A stretch of 64,000 nt of DNA, taken from assembly GCA_964016885.1 (NCBI GenBank), contig OZ024744.1, positions 128,216,001 through 128,280,000 on the forward strand. Direction: 5' to 3'. Below, piece by piece: positions 36,620-50,200 of the stretch. The first letter of the stretch is position 1. Every line of letters begins with the position of its first letter. Both the position numbers and the translations under genes were made by a program. The stretch is from Eledone cirrhosa. Lineage: Eukaryota. The notes under the pieces are model-generated. The model was not told where the DNA came from. It searched no databases and was given only the letters and a program-made list of their open reading frames with translations.

Positions 36620-39390
36620 GGGGGTAAGTTAAGTTGGGGCTAAGTTAAGTTGGCACTAAGTCAAGTTGGGGTTAAGTTAAGTTGAGGTTAACTTAAGTTG
36701 GGGTTAAGTTAAGTTGGGGTTAAGTTAAGTTGGGGTTAACTTAAGTTGGGGTTAAGTTAAGTTAGGGCTAAGTTAAGTTGGGGCTAAGTTAAGTTGGGGC
36801 TGAGTTAAGTTGGGGTTAAGTTAAGTTCGGGTTGAGTTAAGTTGGGGTTAAATTAAGTTGGGGTTAAGTTAAGTTGGGGTTAAGTTAAGTTGGGGTTAAG
36901 ATAAGTTGGGGTTAAGTTAAGTTGGGGTTAATTTAAGTTGGGGTTGAGTTAATTTGGGTTTAAGTTAAGTTGGGCTTAACTTAAGTTGGGGTTAAGTTGG
37001 GGTTAAGTTAAGTTGGGGTTAAGTTAAGTTGGGGGTAAGTTAAGTTGGGGGCAAGTTAAGTTGGGGTTAATTTAAGTTGGGGTTAAGTTAAGTTGGGGTT
37101 ATGTTAAGTTGGGGTTAATTTAAGTTGGAGTTAAGTTAAGTTGGGGGTAACTTAAGTTGGGGTTAAGTTAAGTTGAGGGTAAGTTAAGTTGAGGGTAAGT
37201 TAAGTTGAGGTGAAGTTAAGTTGGGGTTAAATTAAGTTGGGGGTAAGTTAAGTTGGGGGTAAGTTAAGTTGGGGTTAAGTTAAGTTGGGGTTAAATTAAG
37301 TTGAGGTTAAGTTAATTTGGGGTTAAGTTAAGTTGGGGTTAAGTTAAGTTGGGGGTAAGATAAGTTGGGGCTAAGTTAAGTTGGGGCTACGTCAAGTTGG
37401 GGTTAAGTCAAGTTGAGGTTAACTTAAGTTGGGGTTAAGTTAAGTTGGGGTTAAGTTAAGTTGGGGTTTAGGTAAGTTGGGGTTAAGTTAAGTTGGGGCT
37501 AAGTTAAGTTGGGGCTAAGTTAAGTTGGGGCTGAGTTAAGTTGGGGTTAAGTTGGGGTTGAGTTAAGTTGGGGTTAAGTTAAGTTGGGGTTAAGTTAAGT
37601 TCGGGTTAAGTTAAGTTCGGGTTGAGTTAATTTGTGGTTAAGTTAAGTTGGGGGTAAGTTAAGTTGGGGGCAAGTTGAGTTGGGGTTAATTTAAGTTGGG
37701 GTTAAGTTAAGTTGGGGTTAATATAAGTTGGGGTTAAGTTAAGTTGGGGTTAATTTAAGTTGGGGTTGAGTTAATTTGGGGTTAAGTTAAGTTGGGGGTA
37801 AGTTAAGTTGGGGGCAAGTTGAGTTGGGGTTAAGTTAAGTTGGGGTTAAGTTAAGGTGGGGGTAAGTTAAGTTGGGGGTAAGTTAAGTTGGGGTTAAGTT
37901 AAGTTGGGGTTAAGTTAAGTTGGGTTTAAGTTAAGTTGGGGCTAAGTTAAGTTGGGGCTAAGTTAAGTTGGGGCTGAGTTAAGTTGGGGTTAAGTTAAGT
38001 TGGGGTTGAGTTAAGTTGGGGTTAACTTAAGTTGGGGTTAAGTTGGGGTTAAGTTAAGTTGGGGTTAAGTTAAGTTGGGGGTAAGTTAAGTTGGGGGCAA
38101 GTTAAGTTGGGGTTAATTTAAGATGGGGTTAAGTTAAGTTGGGGTTATGTTAAGTTGGGGTTAAGTTAAGTTGGGGTTAAGTTAAATTGGGGTAAGTTAA
38201 GTTGGGGTTAAGTTAAGTTGGGGGTAAGTTAAGTTGAGGGTAAGTTAAGTTGGGGTTAAGTTAAGTTGGGGTTAAATTAAGTTGGGGGTAAGTTAAGTTG
38301 GGGCTAAGTTAAGTTGGTGTTAAGTTAAGTTGGGGTTAAATTAAGTTGAGGTTAAGTTAAGTTGGGGTTAAGTTAAGTTGGAGTTAGGTTAAGTTGGGGG
38401 TAAGATAAGTTGGGGCTAAGTTAAGTTGGGGCTAAGTCAAGTTGGGGTTAAGTCAAGTTGAGGTTAATTTAAGTTGGGGTTAAGTTAAGTTGCGGTTAAG
38501 TTAAGTTGGGGTTAAGGTAAGTTGGGGTTATGTTAAGTTGGGGCTAAGTTAAGTTGGGGCTAAGTTAAGTTGGGGCTGAGTTAAGTTGGGGTTAAGTTAA
38601 GTTGGGGTTGAGTTAAGTTGGGGTTAAGTTAAGTTGGGATTAAGTTAAGTTGGGGTTAAGTTAAGTTCGGCTTGAGTTAAGTTGGGGTTAAGTTAAGTTG
38701 GGGTTAAGATAAGTTGGGGTTAAGTTAAGTTGGGGTTAAGTTAAGTTGGTGTTGAGTTAATTTGGGGTTAAGTTAAGTTGGGGTTAACTTAAGTTGGGGT
38801 TAAGTTGGGGTTAAGTTAAGTTGGGGTTAAGTTAAGTTGGGGGTAGGTTAAGTTGGGGGCAAGTTAAGTTGGGGTTAAGTTAAGTTGGGGTTAAGTTAAG
38901 TTGGGGTTAAGTTAAGTTGGGGTTAAGTTAAGTTGGGGTTAAGTTAAGTTGGGTTTAAGTTAAGTTGGGGCTAAGTTAAGTTGGGGCTAAGTTAAGTTGG
39001 GGCTGAGTTAAGTTGGGGTTAAGTTGGGGTTGAGTTAAGTTGGGGTTATGTTAAGTTAGGGTTGAGTTAAATTGAGGTTGAGTTAAGTTGGGGTTAAGTT
39101 AAGTTGGCGTTAAGTTAAGTTGGGGTTAAGTTAAGTTGGGGTTAAGTTAAGTTGGGGTAAGTTAAGTTGGGGGCAAGTCAAGTTGGGGTTAAGTTAAGTT
39201 GGGGTTAAGTTAAGTTGGGGTTAAGTTAAGTTGGGGCTGAGGTAAGTTGTGGTTAAGTTAAGTTGGGGTTAAGTTAAGTTGGGGTTAAGTTAAGTTGGGG
39301 TTAAGTTAAGTTGGGGTTAAGTCAAGTTGGGGTTAAGTCAAGTTGGGGTTAAGTCAAGTTGGGGTTAAGTTAAGCTGGGGTTAAGTTGGG
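36620..39390 (+). repeat. Non-adjacent copy of the 26.3-33.3 kb repeat family (~10.35-10.5 kb offset from its first unit)
   Basis: GGGAC/GGCAC-TAAGTC (last C of the pentamer at 26310/36656), GAGGTGAAG 26813/37207, AATATAAG 27294/37720, GGAGTTAGG 27907/38380 occur in the same order. Confidence 0.78.
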
Positions 39391-41289
39391 GTAAGTTAAG
39401 TTGGGGTTAAGTTAAGTTGGGGTTAAGTTAAGTTGGGGTTAAGTTAAGTTGGGGTTGAGTTAAGTTGGGGTTGAGTTAAGTTGGGGTTGAGTTAAGTTGG
39501 GGTTAAGTTAAGTTGGGGTTAAGTTAAGTTGGGGTTAAGTTAAGTTGGAGTTAAGTTAAGTTGGGGGTAAGTTAAGTTGGGGGCAAGTTAAGTTGGGGTT
39601 AAGTTAAGTTGGGGTTAAGTTAAGTTGGGGTTAAGTTAAGTTGGGGTTAAGTTAAGTTGGGGTTAAGTTAAGTTAGGGTTAATTTCAGTTGGGGTTATGT
39701 TAAGTTGGGGTTAAGTTAAGTTGGGGTTAAGTTAAAGTTGGGGTTAAGTTAAGTTGGGGTAAAGTTAAGTTAGGGTTAAGTTAAGTTGGGGTTAAGTTAA
39801 GTTGGGGTTAAATTAAGTTGGGGTTAAGTTAAGTTGGGGTTAAGTTAAGTTGGGGTTAAATTAAGTTGGGGTTCAGTTAAGTTGGGGTTAAATTAAGTTG
39901 GGGTTAAGTTAAGTTGGGGTTAGTTAAGTTGGGGTTAAGTTAAGTTGGGGTTAAGTTAAGTTGGGGTTAAGTTAAGTTGGGGTTAAGTTAAGTTGGGGTT
40001 AAATTAAGTTGGGGTTCAGTTAAGTTGGGGTTAAATTAAGTTGGGGTTAAGTTAAGTTGGGGTTAGTTAAGTTGGGGTTAAGTTAAGTTGGGGTTAAGTT
40101 AAGTTGGGGTTAAATTAAGTTGGGGTTCAGTTAAGTTGGGGTTAAATTAAGTTGGGGTTAAGTTAAGTTGGGGTTAGTTAAGTTGGGGTTAAGTTAAGTT
40201 GGGGTTAAGTTAAGTTGGGGTTAAGTTAAGTTGGGGTTAAGTTAAGTTGGCGTTAAGTTAAGTTGGGGTTAAGTTAAGTTGGGGTTAATTTAAGTTGGGG
40301 TTAAGTTAAGTTGGGGTTAAGTCAAGTTGGGGTTAAGTTAAGTTGGGGTTAAGTTAAGTTGGGGGTAAGTTAAGTTGGGGTTAAGTTAAGTTGGGGTTCA
40401 GTTCAGTTGGGGTTAAGTTAAGTTGGGGTTAAGTTAAGCTGGGGGTAAGTTAAGTTGGGTGTAAGTTAAGTTGGGGTTCAGTTCAGTTGGGGTTAAGTTA
40501 AGTTGGGGTTAAGTTAAGCTGGGGGTAAGTTAAGTTGGGTGTAAGTTAAGTTGGGGTTAATTTAAGTTGGGGTTAAGTTAAGTTGGGGGTTAGTTAAGTT
40601 GGGGGCAAGTTAAGTTGGGGTTAATTTAAGTTGGGGTTAAGTTAAGTTGGGGTTATGTTAAGTTGGGGTTAAGTTAAGTTGGGGTTAAGTTAAGTTGGGG
40701 GTAAGTTAAGTTGGGGTTAAGTTAAGTTGGGGGTAAGTTAAGTTGAGGGTAAGTTAAGTTGGGGTTCAGTTAAGTTGGGGTTAAATTAAGTTGGGGGTAA
40801 GTTAAGTTGGGGGTAAGTTAAGTTGGGGTTAAGTTAAGTTGGGGTTAAATTAAGTTGAGGTTAAGTTAAGTTGGGGTTAAGTTAAATTGGGGTTAATTTA
40901 AGTCGGGGGTAAGATAAGTTGGGGCTAAGTTAAGTTGGGGCTAAGTCAAGTTGGGGTTAAGTCAAGTTGAGGTTAACTTAAGTTGGGGTTATGTTAAGTT
41001 GGGGCTAAGTTAAGTTGGGGCTAAGTTAAGTTGGGGCTGAGTTAAGTTGGGGTTAAGTTAAGTTGGGGTTGAGTTAAGTTGGGGTTAAGTTAAGTTGGGA
41101 TTAAGTTAAGTTGGGGTTAAGTTAAGTTCGGCTTGAGTTAAGTTGGGGTTAAGTTAAGTTGGGGCTAATTTAAGTTGGGGTTAAGTTAAGTTGGGGTTAA
41201 GATAAGTTGGGGTTAAGTTAAGTTGGGGTTAAGTTAAGTTGGGGTTGAGTTAATTTGGGGTTAAGTTAAGTTGGGGTTAACTTAAGTTG

Positions 41290-44200
41290 GGGTTAAGTTA
41301 AGTTGGGGGTAGGTTAAGTTGGGGGCAAGTTAAGTTGGGGTTAAGTTAAGTTGGGGTTAAGTTAAGTTGGGTTTCAGTTAAGTTGGGGCTAAGTTAAGTT
41401 GGGGCTAAGTTAAGTTGGGGCTGAGTTAAGTTGGGGTTAAGTTAAGTTGGGGTTGAATTAAGTTGGGGTTATGTTAAGTTAGGGTTGAGTTAAGTTGGGG
41501 TTGAGTTAAGTTGGGGTTAAGTTAAGTTGGCGTTAAGTTAAGTTGGGGTTAAGCTAAGTTGGGGTTAAGTTAATTTGCGGTTAAGTTAGGTTGTGGGTTA
41601 AGTTAAGTTGGGGGTAAGTTAAGTTGGGGGTAAGTTAAGTTGGGGTTAAATTAAGTTGGGGTTAAGTTAAGTTGGGGTTAAGTTAAGTTGGGGTTAAGTT
41701 AAGTTGGGGTTAAGTTAAGTTGGCGTTAAGTTAAGTTGGGGTAAAGTTAAGTTGGGGTAAAGTTAAGTTGGGGTTAAGTTAAGTTGGGGTTAAGTTAAGT
41801 TGGGGTTAAGTTAAGTTGGGGTTAAGTCAAGTTGGGGTTAAGTCAAGTTGGGGTTAAGTCAAGTTGGGGTTAAGTTAAGTTGGGGTTAAGTTAAGTTGGG
41901 GGTAAGTTAAGTTGGGTGTAAGTTAAGTTGGGGTTAAGTTAAGTTGTGGTTAAGTTCAGTTTGGGTTAAGTTAAGTTGGGGTTAAGTTAAGCTGGGGGTA
42001 AGTTAAGTTGGGTGTAAGTTAAGTTGGGGTTAAATTAAGTTGGGGTTAAGTTAAGTTGGGGTTATGTTAAGTTGGGGTTAAGTTAAGTTGGGGTTAAGTT
42101 AAGTTGGGGTTAAGTTAAGTTGAGGTTAAGTTAAGTTGGAGTTAAGTTAAGTTGGGGTTAAGTTAAGTTGGAGTTAAGTTAAGTTGGGGTTAAGCTAAGT
42201 TGGGGTTAAGTTAATTTGCGGTTAAGTTAGGTTGTGGGTTAAGTTAAGTTGGGGTTAAGTTAAGCTGGGGTTAAGTTAGGGTAAGTTAAGTTGGGGGTAA
42301 GTTAAGTTGGGGTTAAGTTAAGTTGGGGTTAAGTTAAGTTGGGGTTAAGTTAAGTTGGGGTTAAGTTAAGTTGGGGTTGAGTTAAGTTGGGGTTGAGTTA
42401 AGTTGGGGTTAAGTTAAGTTGGGGTTAAGTTAAGTTGGGGTTAAGTTAAGTTGGGGTTAAGTTAAGTTGGGGGTAAGTTAAGTTGGGGGCAAGTTAAGTT
42501 GGGGTTAAGTTAAGTTGGGGTTAAGTTAAGTTGGGGTTAAGTTAAGTTGGGGTTAAGTTAAGTTGGGGTTAAGTTAAGTTAGGGTTAATTTCAGTTGGGG
42601 TTATGTTAAGTTGGGGTTAAGTTAAGTTGGGGGTAAGTTAAAGTTGGGGTTAAGTTAAGTTGGGGTAAAGTTAAGTTAGGGTTAAGTTAAGTTGGGGTTA
42701 AGTTAAGTTGGGGTTAAATTAAGTTGGGGTTAAGTTAAGTTGGGGTTAAGTTAAGTTGGGGTTAAATTAAGTTGGGGTTCAGTTAAGTTGGGGTTAAATT
42801 AAGTTGGGGTTAAGTTAAGTTGGGGTTAATTTAAGTTGGGGTTAAGTTAAGTTGGGGTTAAGTTAAGTTGGAGTTAAGTCAAGTTGGGGTTAAGTCAAGT
42901 TGGGGTTAAGTCAAGTTGGGGTTAAGTCAAGTTGGGGTTAAGTTAAGTTGGGGTTAAGTTAAGTTGGGGTTAAGTTAAGTTGGGGGTAAGTTAAGTTGGG
43001 TGTAAGTTAAGTTGGGGTTAAGTTAAGTTGGGGTTCAGTTCAGTTGGGGTTAAGTTAAGTTGGGGTTAAGTTAAGTTGGAGTTAAGTTAAGTTGGAGTTA
43101 AGTTAAGTTGGGGTTAAGCTAAGTTGGGGTTCAGTTAAGTTGGGGTTAAGTTAATTTGGGGCTGAGTTAAGTTGGGGTTAAGTTAAGATCGGGTTGAGTT
43201 AAGTTGGGGTTAAGTTAAGTTGGGGTTAAGTTAAGTTGGGGTTAAGTTAAGTTGGGGTTAAGATAAGTTGGGGTTAAGTTAAGTTGGGGTTAATTTACGT
43301 TGGGGTTGAGTTAATTTGGGTGTAAGTTAAGTTGGGCTTAACTTAAGTTGGGGTTAAGTTGGGGTTAAGTTAAGTTGGGGTTAATTTAAGTTGGGGTTAA
43401 GTTAAGTTGGGGTTATGTTAAGTTGGGGTTATGTTAAGTTGGGGTTAAGTTAAGTTGGGGGTAACTTAAGTTGGGGTTAAGTTAAGTTGAGGGTAAGTTA
43501 AGTTGAGGGTAAGTTAAATTGAGGTTAAGTTAAGTTGGGGTTAAGTTAAGTTGGGGGTAAGTTAAGTTGGGGGTAAGTTAAGTTGGGGTTAAGTTAAGTT
43601 GGGGATAAATTAAGTTGAGGTTAAGTTAATTTGGGGTTAAGTTAAGTTGGGGTTAAGTTAAGTTGGGTAAGAGAAGTTGGGGCTAAGTTAAGTTGGGGCT
43701 AAGTCAAGTTGGGGTTAAGTCAAGTTGAGGTTAACTTAAGTTGGGGTTAAGTTAAGTTGGGGTTAAGTTAAGTTGGGGTTAAGGTAAGTTGGGGTTAAGT
43801 TAAGTTGAGGGTAAGTTAAGGTGGGGTTCAGTTAAGTTGGGGTTAAATTAAGTTGGGGGTAAGTTAAGTTGGGGGTAAGTTAAGTTAGGGTTAAGTTAAG
43901 TTGGGGTTAAATTAAGTTGAGGTTAAGTTAAGTTGGGGTTAAGTTAAATTGGGGTTAATTTAAGTTGGGGGTAAGATAAGTTGGGGCTAAGTTAAGTTGG
44001 GGCTAAGTCAAGTTGGGGTTAAGTCAAGTTGAGGTTAACTTAAGTTGGGGTTATGTTAAGTTGGGGCTAAGTTAAGTTGGGGCTAAGTTAAGTTGGGGCT
44101 GAGTTAAGTTGGGGTTAAGTTAAGTTGGGGTTGAGTTAAGTTGGGGTTAAGTTAAGTTGGAATTAAGTTAAGTTGGGGTTAAGTTAAGTTCGGCTTGAGT

Positions 44201-47200
44201 TAAGTTGGGGTTAAGTTAAGTTGGGGTTAATTTAAGTTGGGGTTAAGTTAAGTTGGGGTTAAGATAAGTTGGGGTTAAGTTAAGTTGGGGTTAAGTTAAG
44301 TTGGGGTTGAGTTAATTTGGGGTTAAGTTAAGTTGGGGTTAACTTAAGTTGGGGTTAAGTTGGGGTTAAGTTAAGTTGGGGTTAAGTTAAGTTGGGGTTA
44401 AGTTAAGTTGGGGGTAGGTTAAGTTGGGGGCAAGTTAAGTTGGGGTTAAGTTAAGTTGGGGTTAAGTTAAGTTGGGTTTCAGTTAAGTTGGGGCTAAGTT
44501 AAGTTGGGGCTAAGTTAAGTTGGGGCTGAGTTAAGTTGGGGTTAAGTTAAGTTGGGGTTGAATTAAGTTGGGGTTATGTTAAGTTAGGGTTGAGTTAAGT
44601 TGGGGTTGAGTTAAGTTGGGGTTAAGTTAAGTTGGCGTTAAGTTAAGTTGGGGTTAAGCTAAGTTGGGTTTAAGTTAATTTGCGGTTAAGTTAGGTTGTG
44701 GGTTAAGTTAAGTTGGGGGTAAGTTAAGTTGGGGGTAAGTTAAGTTGGGGTTAAATTAAGTTGGGGTTAAGTTAAGTTGGGGTTAAGTTAAGTTGGGTTA
44801 AGTTAAGTTGGGGTTAAGTTAAGTTGGCGTTAAGTTAAGTTGGGGTAAAGTTAAGTTGGGGTAAAGTTAAGTTGGGGTTAAGTTAAGTTGGGGTTAAGTT
44901 AAGTTGGGGTTAAGTTAAGTTGGGGTTAAGTCAAGTTGGGGATAAGTCAAGTTGGGGTTAAGTCAAGTTGGGGTTAAGTTAAGTTGGGGTTAAGTTAAGT
45001 TGGGGGTAAGTTAAGTTGGGTGTAAGTTAAGTTGGGGTTAAGTTAAGTTGTGGTTAAGTTCAGTTGGGGTTATGTTAAGTTGGGGTTAAGTTAAGTTGGG
45101 GTTAAGTTAAGTTGGGGTTAAGTTAAGTTGAGGTTAAGTTAAGTTGGAGTTAAGTTAAGTTTGGGTTAAGTTAAGTTGGAGTTAAGTTAAGTTGGGGTTA
45201 AGCTAAGTTGGGGTTAAGTTAATTTGCGTTTAAGTTAGGTTGTGGGTTAAGTTAAGTTGGGGTTAAGTTAAGCTGGGGTTAAGTTAGGGTAAGTTAAGTT
45301 GGGGGTAAGTTAAGTTGGGGTTAAGTTAAGTTGGGGTTAAGTTAAGTTGGGATTAAGTTAAGTTGGGGTTAAGTTAAGTTGGGGTTGAGTTAAGTTGGGG
45401 TTGAGTTAAGTTGGGGTTAAGTTAAGTTGGGGTTAAGTTAAGTTGGGGTTAAGTTAAGTTGGGGGTAAGTTAAGTTGGGGGCAAGTTAAGTTGGGGTTAA
45501 GTTAAGTTGGGGTTAAGTTAAGTTGGGGTTAAGTTAAGTTGGGGTTAAGTTAAGTTGGGGTTAAGTTAAGTTAGGGTTAATTTCAGTTGGGGTTATGTTA
45601 AGTTGGGGTTAAGTTAAGTTGGGGTTAAGTTAAAGTTGGGGTTAAGTTAAGTTGGGGTAAAGTTAAGTTAGGGTTAAGTTAAGTTGGGGTTAAGTTAAGT
45701 TGGGGTTAAGTTAAGTTGGGGTTAAGTTAAGTTGGGGTTAAATTAAGTTGGGGTTCAGTTAAGTTGGGGTTAAATTAAGTTGGGGTTAAGTTAAGTTGGG
45801 GTTAGTTAAGTTGGGGTTAAGTTAAGTTGGGGTTAAGTTAAGTTGGGGTTAAGTTAAGTTGGGGTTAAGTTAAGTTGGCGTTAAGTTAAGTTGGGGTTAT
45901 GTTAAGTTGGGGTTAAATTAAGTTGGGGTTAAGTTAAGTTGGGGTTAATTTAAGTTGGGGTTAAGTTAAGTTGGGGTTAAGTTAAGTTGGAGTTAAGTCA
46001 AGTTGGGGTTAAGTCAAGTTGGGGTTAAGTCAAGTTGGGGTTAAGTCAAGTTGGGGTTAAGTTAAGTTGGGGTTAAGTTAAGTTGGGGTTAAGTTAAGTT
46101 GGGGGTAAGTTAAGTTGGGTGTAAGTTAAGTTGGGGTTAAGTTAAGTTGGGGTTCAGTTCAGTTGGGGTTAAGTTAAGTTGGGGTTAAGTTAAGTTGGAG
46201 TTAAGTTAAGTTGGAGTTAAGTTAAGTTGGGGTTAAGCTAAGTTGGGGTTCAGTTAAGTTGGGGTTAAGTTAATTTGGGGTTAAGTCAAGTTGGGGTTAA
46301 GTCAAGTTGGGGTTAAGTCAAGTTGGGGTTAAGTTAAGTTGGGGTTAAGTTAAGTTGGGGGTAAGTTAAGTTGGGTGTAAGTTAAGTTGGGGTTAAGTTA
46401 AGTTGGGGTTCAGTTCAGTTGGGGTTAAGTTAAGTTGGGGTTAAGTTAAGTTGGAGTTAAGTTAAGTTGGAGTTAAGTTAAGTTGGGGTTAAGCTAAGTT
46501 GGGGTTCAGTTAAGTTGGGGTTAAGTTAATTTGGGGTTAAGTTAAGTTGGGGTTAAGTTAAGTTGGGGTTAAGTTAAGTTGGGGTTAAGTTAAGTTGGGG
46601 TTAAGTTAAGTTGGCGTTAAGTTAAGTTGGGGTAAAGTTAAGTTGGGGTAAAGTTAAGTTGGGGTTAAGTTAAGTTGGGGTTAAGTTAAGTTGGGGTTAA
46701 GTTAAGTTGGGGTTAAGTCAAGTTGGGGTTAAGTCAAGTTGGGGTTAAGTCAAGTTGGGGTTAAGTTAAGTTGGGGTTAAGTTAAGTTGGGGGTAAGTTA
46801 AGTTGGGTGTAAGTTAAGTTGGGGTTAAGTTAAGTTGTGGTTAAGTTCAGTTTGGGTTAAGTTAAGTTGGGGTTAAGTTAAGCTGGGGGTAAGTTAAGTT
46901 GGGTGTAAGTTAAGTTGGGGTTAAATTAAGTTGGGGTTAAGTTAAGTTGGGGTTATGTTAAGTTGGGGTTAAGTTAAGTTGGGGTTAAGTTAAGTTGGGG
47001 TTAAGTTAAGTTGAGGTTAAGTTAAGTTGGAGTTAAGTTAAGTTGGGGTTAAGTTAAGTTGGAGTTAAGTTAAGTTGGGGTTAAGCTAAGTTGGGGTTAA
47101 GTTAATTTGCGGTTAAGTTAGGTTGTGGGTTAAGTTAAGTTGGGGTTAAGTTAAGCTGGGGTTAAGTTAGGGTAAGTTAAGTTGGGGGTAAGTTAAGTTG

Positions 47201-50200
47201 GGGTTAAGTTAAGTTGGGGTTAAGTTAAGTTGGGGTTAAGTTAAGTTGGGGTTAAGTTAAGTTGGGGTTGAGTTAAGTTGGGGTTGAGTTAAGTTGGGGT
47301 TAAGTTAAGTTGGGGTTAAGTTAAGTTGGGGTTAAGTTAAGTTGGGGTTAAGTTAAGTTGGGGGTAAGTTAAGTTGGGGGCAAGTTAAGTTGGGGTTAAG
47401 TTAAGTTGGGGTTAAGTTAAGTTGGGGTTAAGTTAAGTTGGGGTTAAGTTAAGTTGGGGTTAAGTTAAGTTAGGGTTAATTTCAGTTGGGGTTATGTTAA
47501 GTTGGGGTTAAGTTAAGTTGGGGGTAAGTTAAAGTTGGGGTTAAGTTAAGTTGGGGTAAAGTTAAGTTAGGGTTAAGTTAAGTTGGGGTTAAGTTAAGTT
47601 GGGGTTAAACTAAGTTGGGGTTAAGTTAAGTTGGGGTTAAGTTAAGTTGGGGTTAAATTAAGTTGGGGTTCAGTTAAGTTGGGGTTAAATTAAGTTGGGG
47701 TTAAGTTAAGTTGGGGTTAATTTAAGTTGGGGTTGAGTTAAGTTGGGGTTAAGTTAAGTTGGAGTTAAGTCAAGTTGGGGTTAAGTCAAGTTGGGGTTAA
47801 GTCAAGTTGGGGTTAAGTCAAGTTGGGGTTAAGTTAAGTTGGGGTTAAGTTAAGTTGGGGTTAAGTTAAGTTGGGGGTAAGTTAAGTTGGGTGTAAGTTA
47901 AGTTGGGGTTAAGTTAAGTTGGGGTTCAGTTCAGTTGGGGTTAAGTTAAGTTGGGGTTAAGTTAAGTTGGAGTTAAGTTAAGTTGGAGTTAAGTTAAGTT
48001 GGGGTTAAGCTAAGTTGGGGTTCAGTTAAGTTGGGGTGAAGTTAATTTGGGGCTGAGTTAAGTTGGGGTTAAGTTAAGATCGGGTTGAGTTAAGTTGGGG
48101 TTAAGTTAAGTTGGGGTTAAGTTAAGTTGGGGTTAAGTTAAGTTGGGGTTAAGATAAGTTGGGGTTAAGTTAAGTTGGGGTTAATTTACGTTGGGGTTGA
48201 GTTAATTTGGGTGTAAGTTAAGTTGGGCTTAACTTAAGTTGGGGTTAAGTTGGGGTTAAGTTAAGTTGGGGTTAATTTAAGTTGGGGTTAAGTTAAGTTG
48301 GGGTTATGTTAAGTTGGGGTTATGTTAAGTTGGGGTTAAGTTAAGTTGGGGGTAACTTAAGTTGGGGTTAAGTTAAGTTGAGGGTAAGTTAAGTTGAGGG
48401 TAAGTTAAATTGAGGTTAAGTTAAGTTGGGGTTAAGTTAAGTTGGGGGTAAGTTAAGTTGGGGGTAAGTTAAGTTGGGGTTAAGTTAAGTTGGGGATAAA
48501 TTAAGTTGAGGTTAAGTTAATTTGGGGTTAAGTTAAGTTGGGGTTAAGTTAAGTTGGGGGTAAGAGAAGTTGGGGCTAAGTTAAGTTGGGGCTAAGTCAA
48601 GTTGGGGTTAAGTCAAGTTGAGGTTAACTTAAGTTGGGGTTAAGTTAAGTTGGGGTTAAGTTAAGTTGGGGTTAAGGTAAGTTGGGGTTAAGTTAAGTTG
48701 AGGGTAAGTTAAGGTGGGGTTCAGTTAAGTTGGGGTTAAATTAAGTTGGGGGTAAGTTAAGTTGGGGGTAAGTTAAGTTAGGGTTAAGTTAAGTTGGGGT
48801 TAAATTAAGTTGAGGTTAAGTTAAGTTGGGGTTAAGTTAAATTGGGGTTAATTTAAGTTGGGGGTAAGATAAGTTGGGGCTAAGTTAAGTTGGGGCTAAG
48901 TCAAGTTGGGGTTAAGTCAAGTTGAGGTTAACTTAAGTTGGGGTTATGTTAAGTTGGGGCTAAGTTAAGTTGGGGCTAAGTTAAGTTGGGGCTGAGTTAA
49001 GTTGGGGTTAAGTTAAGTTGGGGTTGAGTTAAGTTGGGGTTAAGTTAAGTTGGAATTAAGTTAAGTTGGGGTTAAGTTAAGTTCGGCTTGAGTTAAGTTG
49101 GGGTTAAGTTAAGTTGGGGTTAATTTAAGTTGGGGTTAAGTTAAGTTGGGGTTAAGATAAGTTGGGGTTAAGTTAAGTTGGGGTTAAGTTAAGTTGGGGT
49201 TGAGTTAATTTGGGGTTAAGTTAAGTTGGGGTTAACTTAAGTTGGGGTTAAGTTGGGGTTAAGTTAAGTTGGGGTTAAGTTAAGTTGGGGTTAAGTTAAG
49301 TTGGGGGTAGGTTAAGTTGGGGGCAAGTTAAGTTGGGGTTAAGTTAAGTTGGGGTTAAGTTAAGTTGGGTTTCAGTTAAGTTGGGGCTAAGTTAAGTTGG
49401 GGCTAAGTTAAGTTGGGGCTGAGTTAAGTTGGGGTTAAGTTAAGTTGGGGTTGAATTAAGTTGGGGTTATGTTAAGTTAGGGTTGAGTTAAGTTGGGGTT
49501 GAGTTAAGTTGGGGTTAAGTTAAGTTGGCGTTAAGTTAAGTTGGGGTTAAGCTAAGTTGGGTTTAAGTTAATTTGCGGTTAAGTTAGGTTGTGGGTTAAG
49601 TTAAGTTGGGGGTAAGTTAAGTTGGGGGTAAGTTAAGTTGGGGTTAAATTAAGTTGGGGTTAAGTTAAGTTGGGGTTAAGTTAAGTTGGGTTAAGTTAAG
49701 TTGGGGTTAAGTTAAGTTGGCGTTAAGTTAAGTTGGGGTAAAGTTAAGTTGGGGTAAAGTTAAGTTGGGGTTAAGTTAAGTTGGGGTTAAGTTAAGTTGG
49801 GGTTAAGTTAAGTTGGGGTTAAGTCAAGTTGGGGATAAGTCAAGTTGGGGTTAAGTCAAGTTGGGGTTAAGTTAAGTTGGGGTTAAGTTAAGTTGGGGGT
49901 AAGTTAAGTTGGGTGTAAGTTAAGTTGGGGTTAAGTTAAGTTGTGGTTAAGTTCAGTTGGGGTTATGTTAAGTTGGGGTTAAGTTAAGTTGGGGTTAAGT
50001 TAAGTTGGGGTTAAGTTAAGTTGAGGTTAAGTTAAGTTGGAGTTAAGTTAAGTTTGGGTTAAGTTAAGTTGGAGTTAAGTTAAGTTGGGGTTAAGCTAAG
50101 TTGGGGTTAAGTTAATTTGCGGTTAAGTTAGGTTGTGGGTTAAGTTAAGTTGGGGTTAAGTTAAGCTGGGGTTAAGTTAGGGTAAGTTAAGTTGGGGGTA

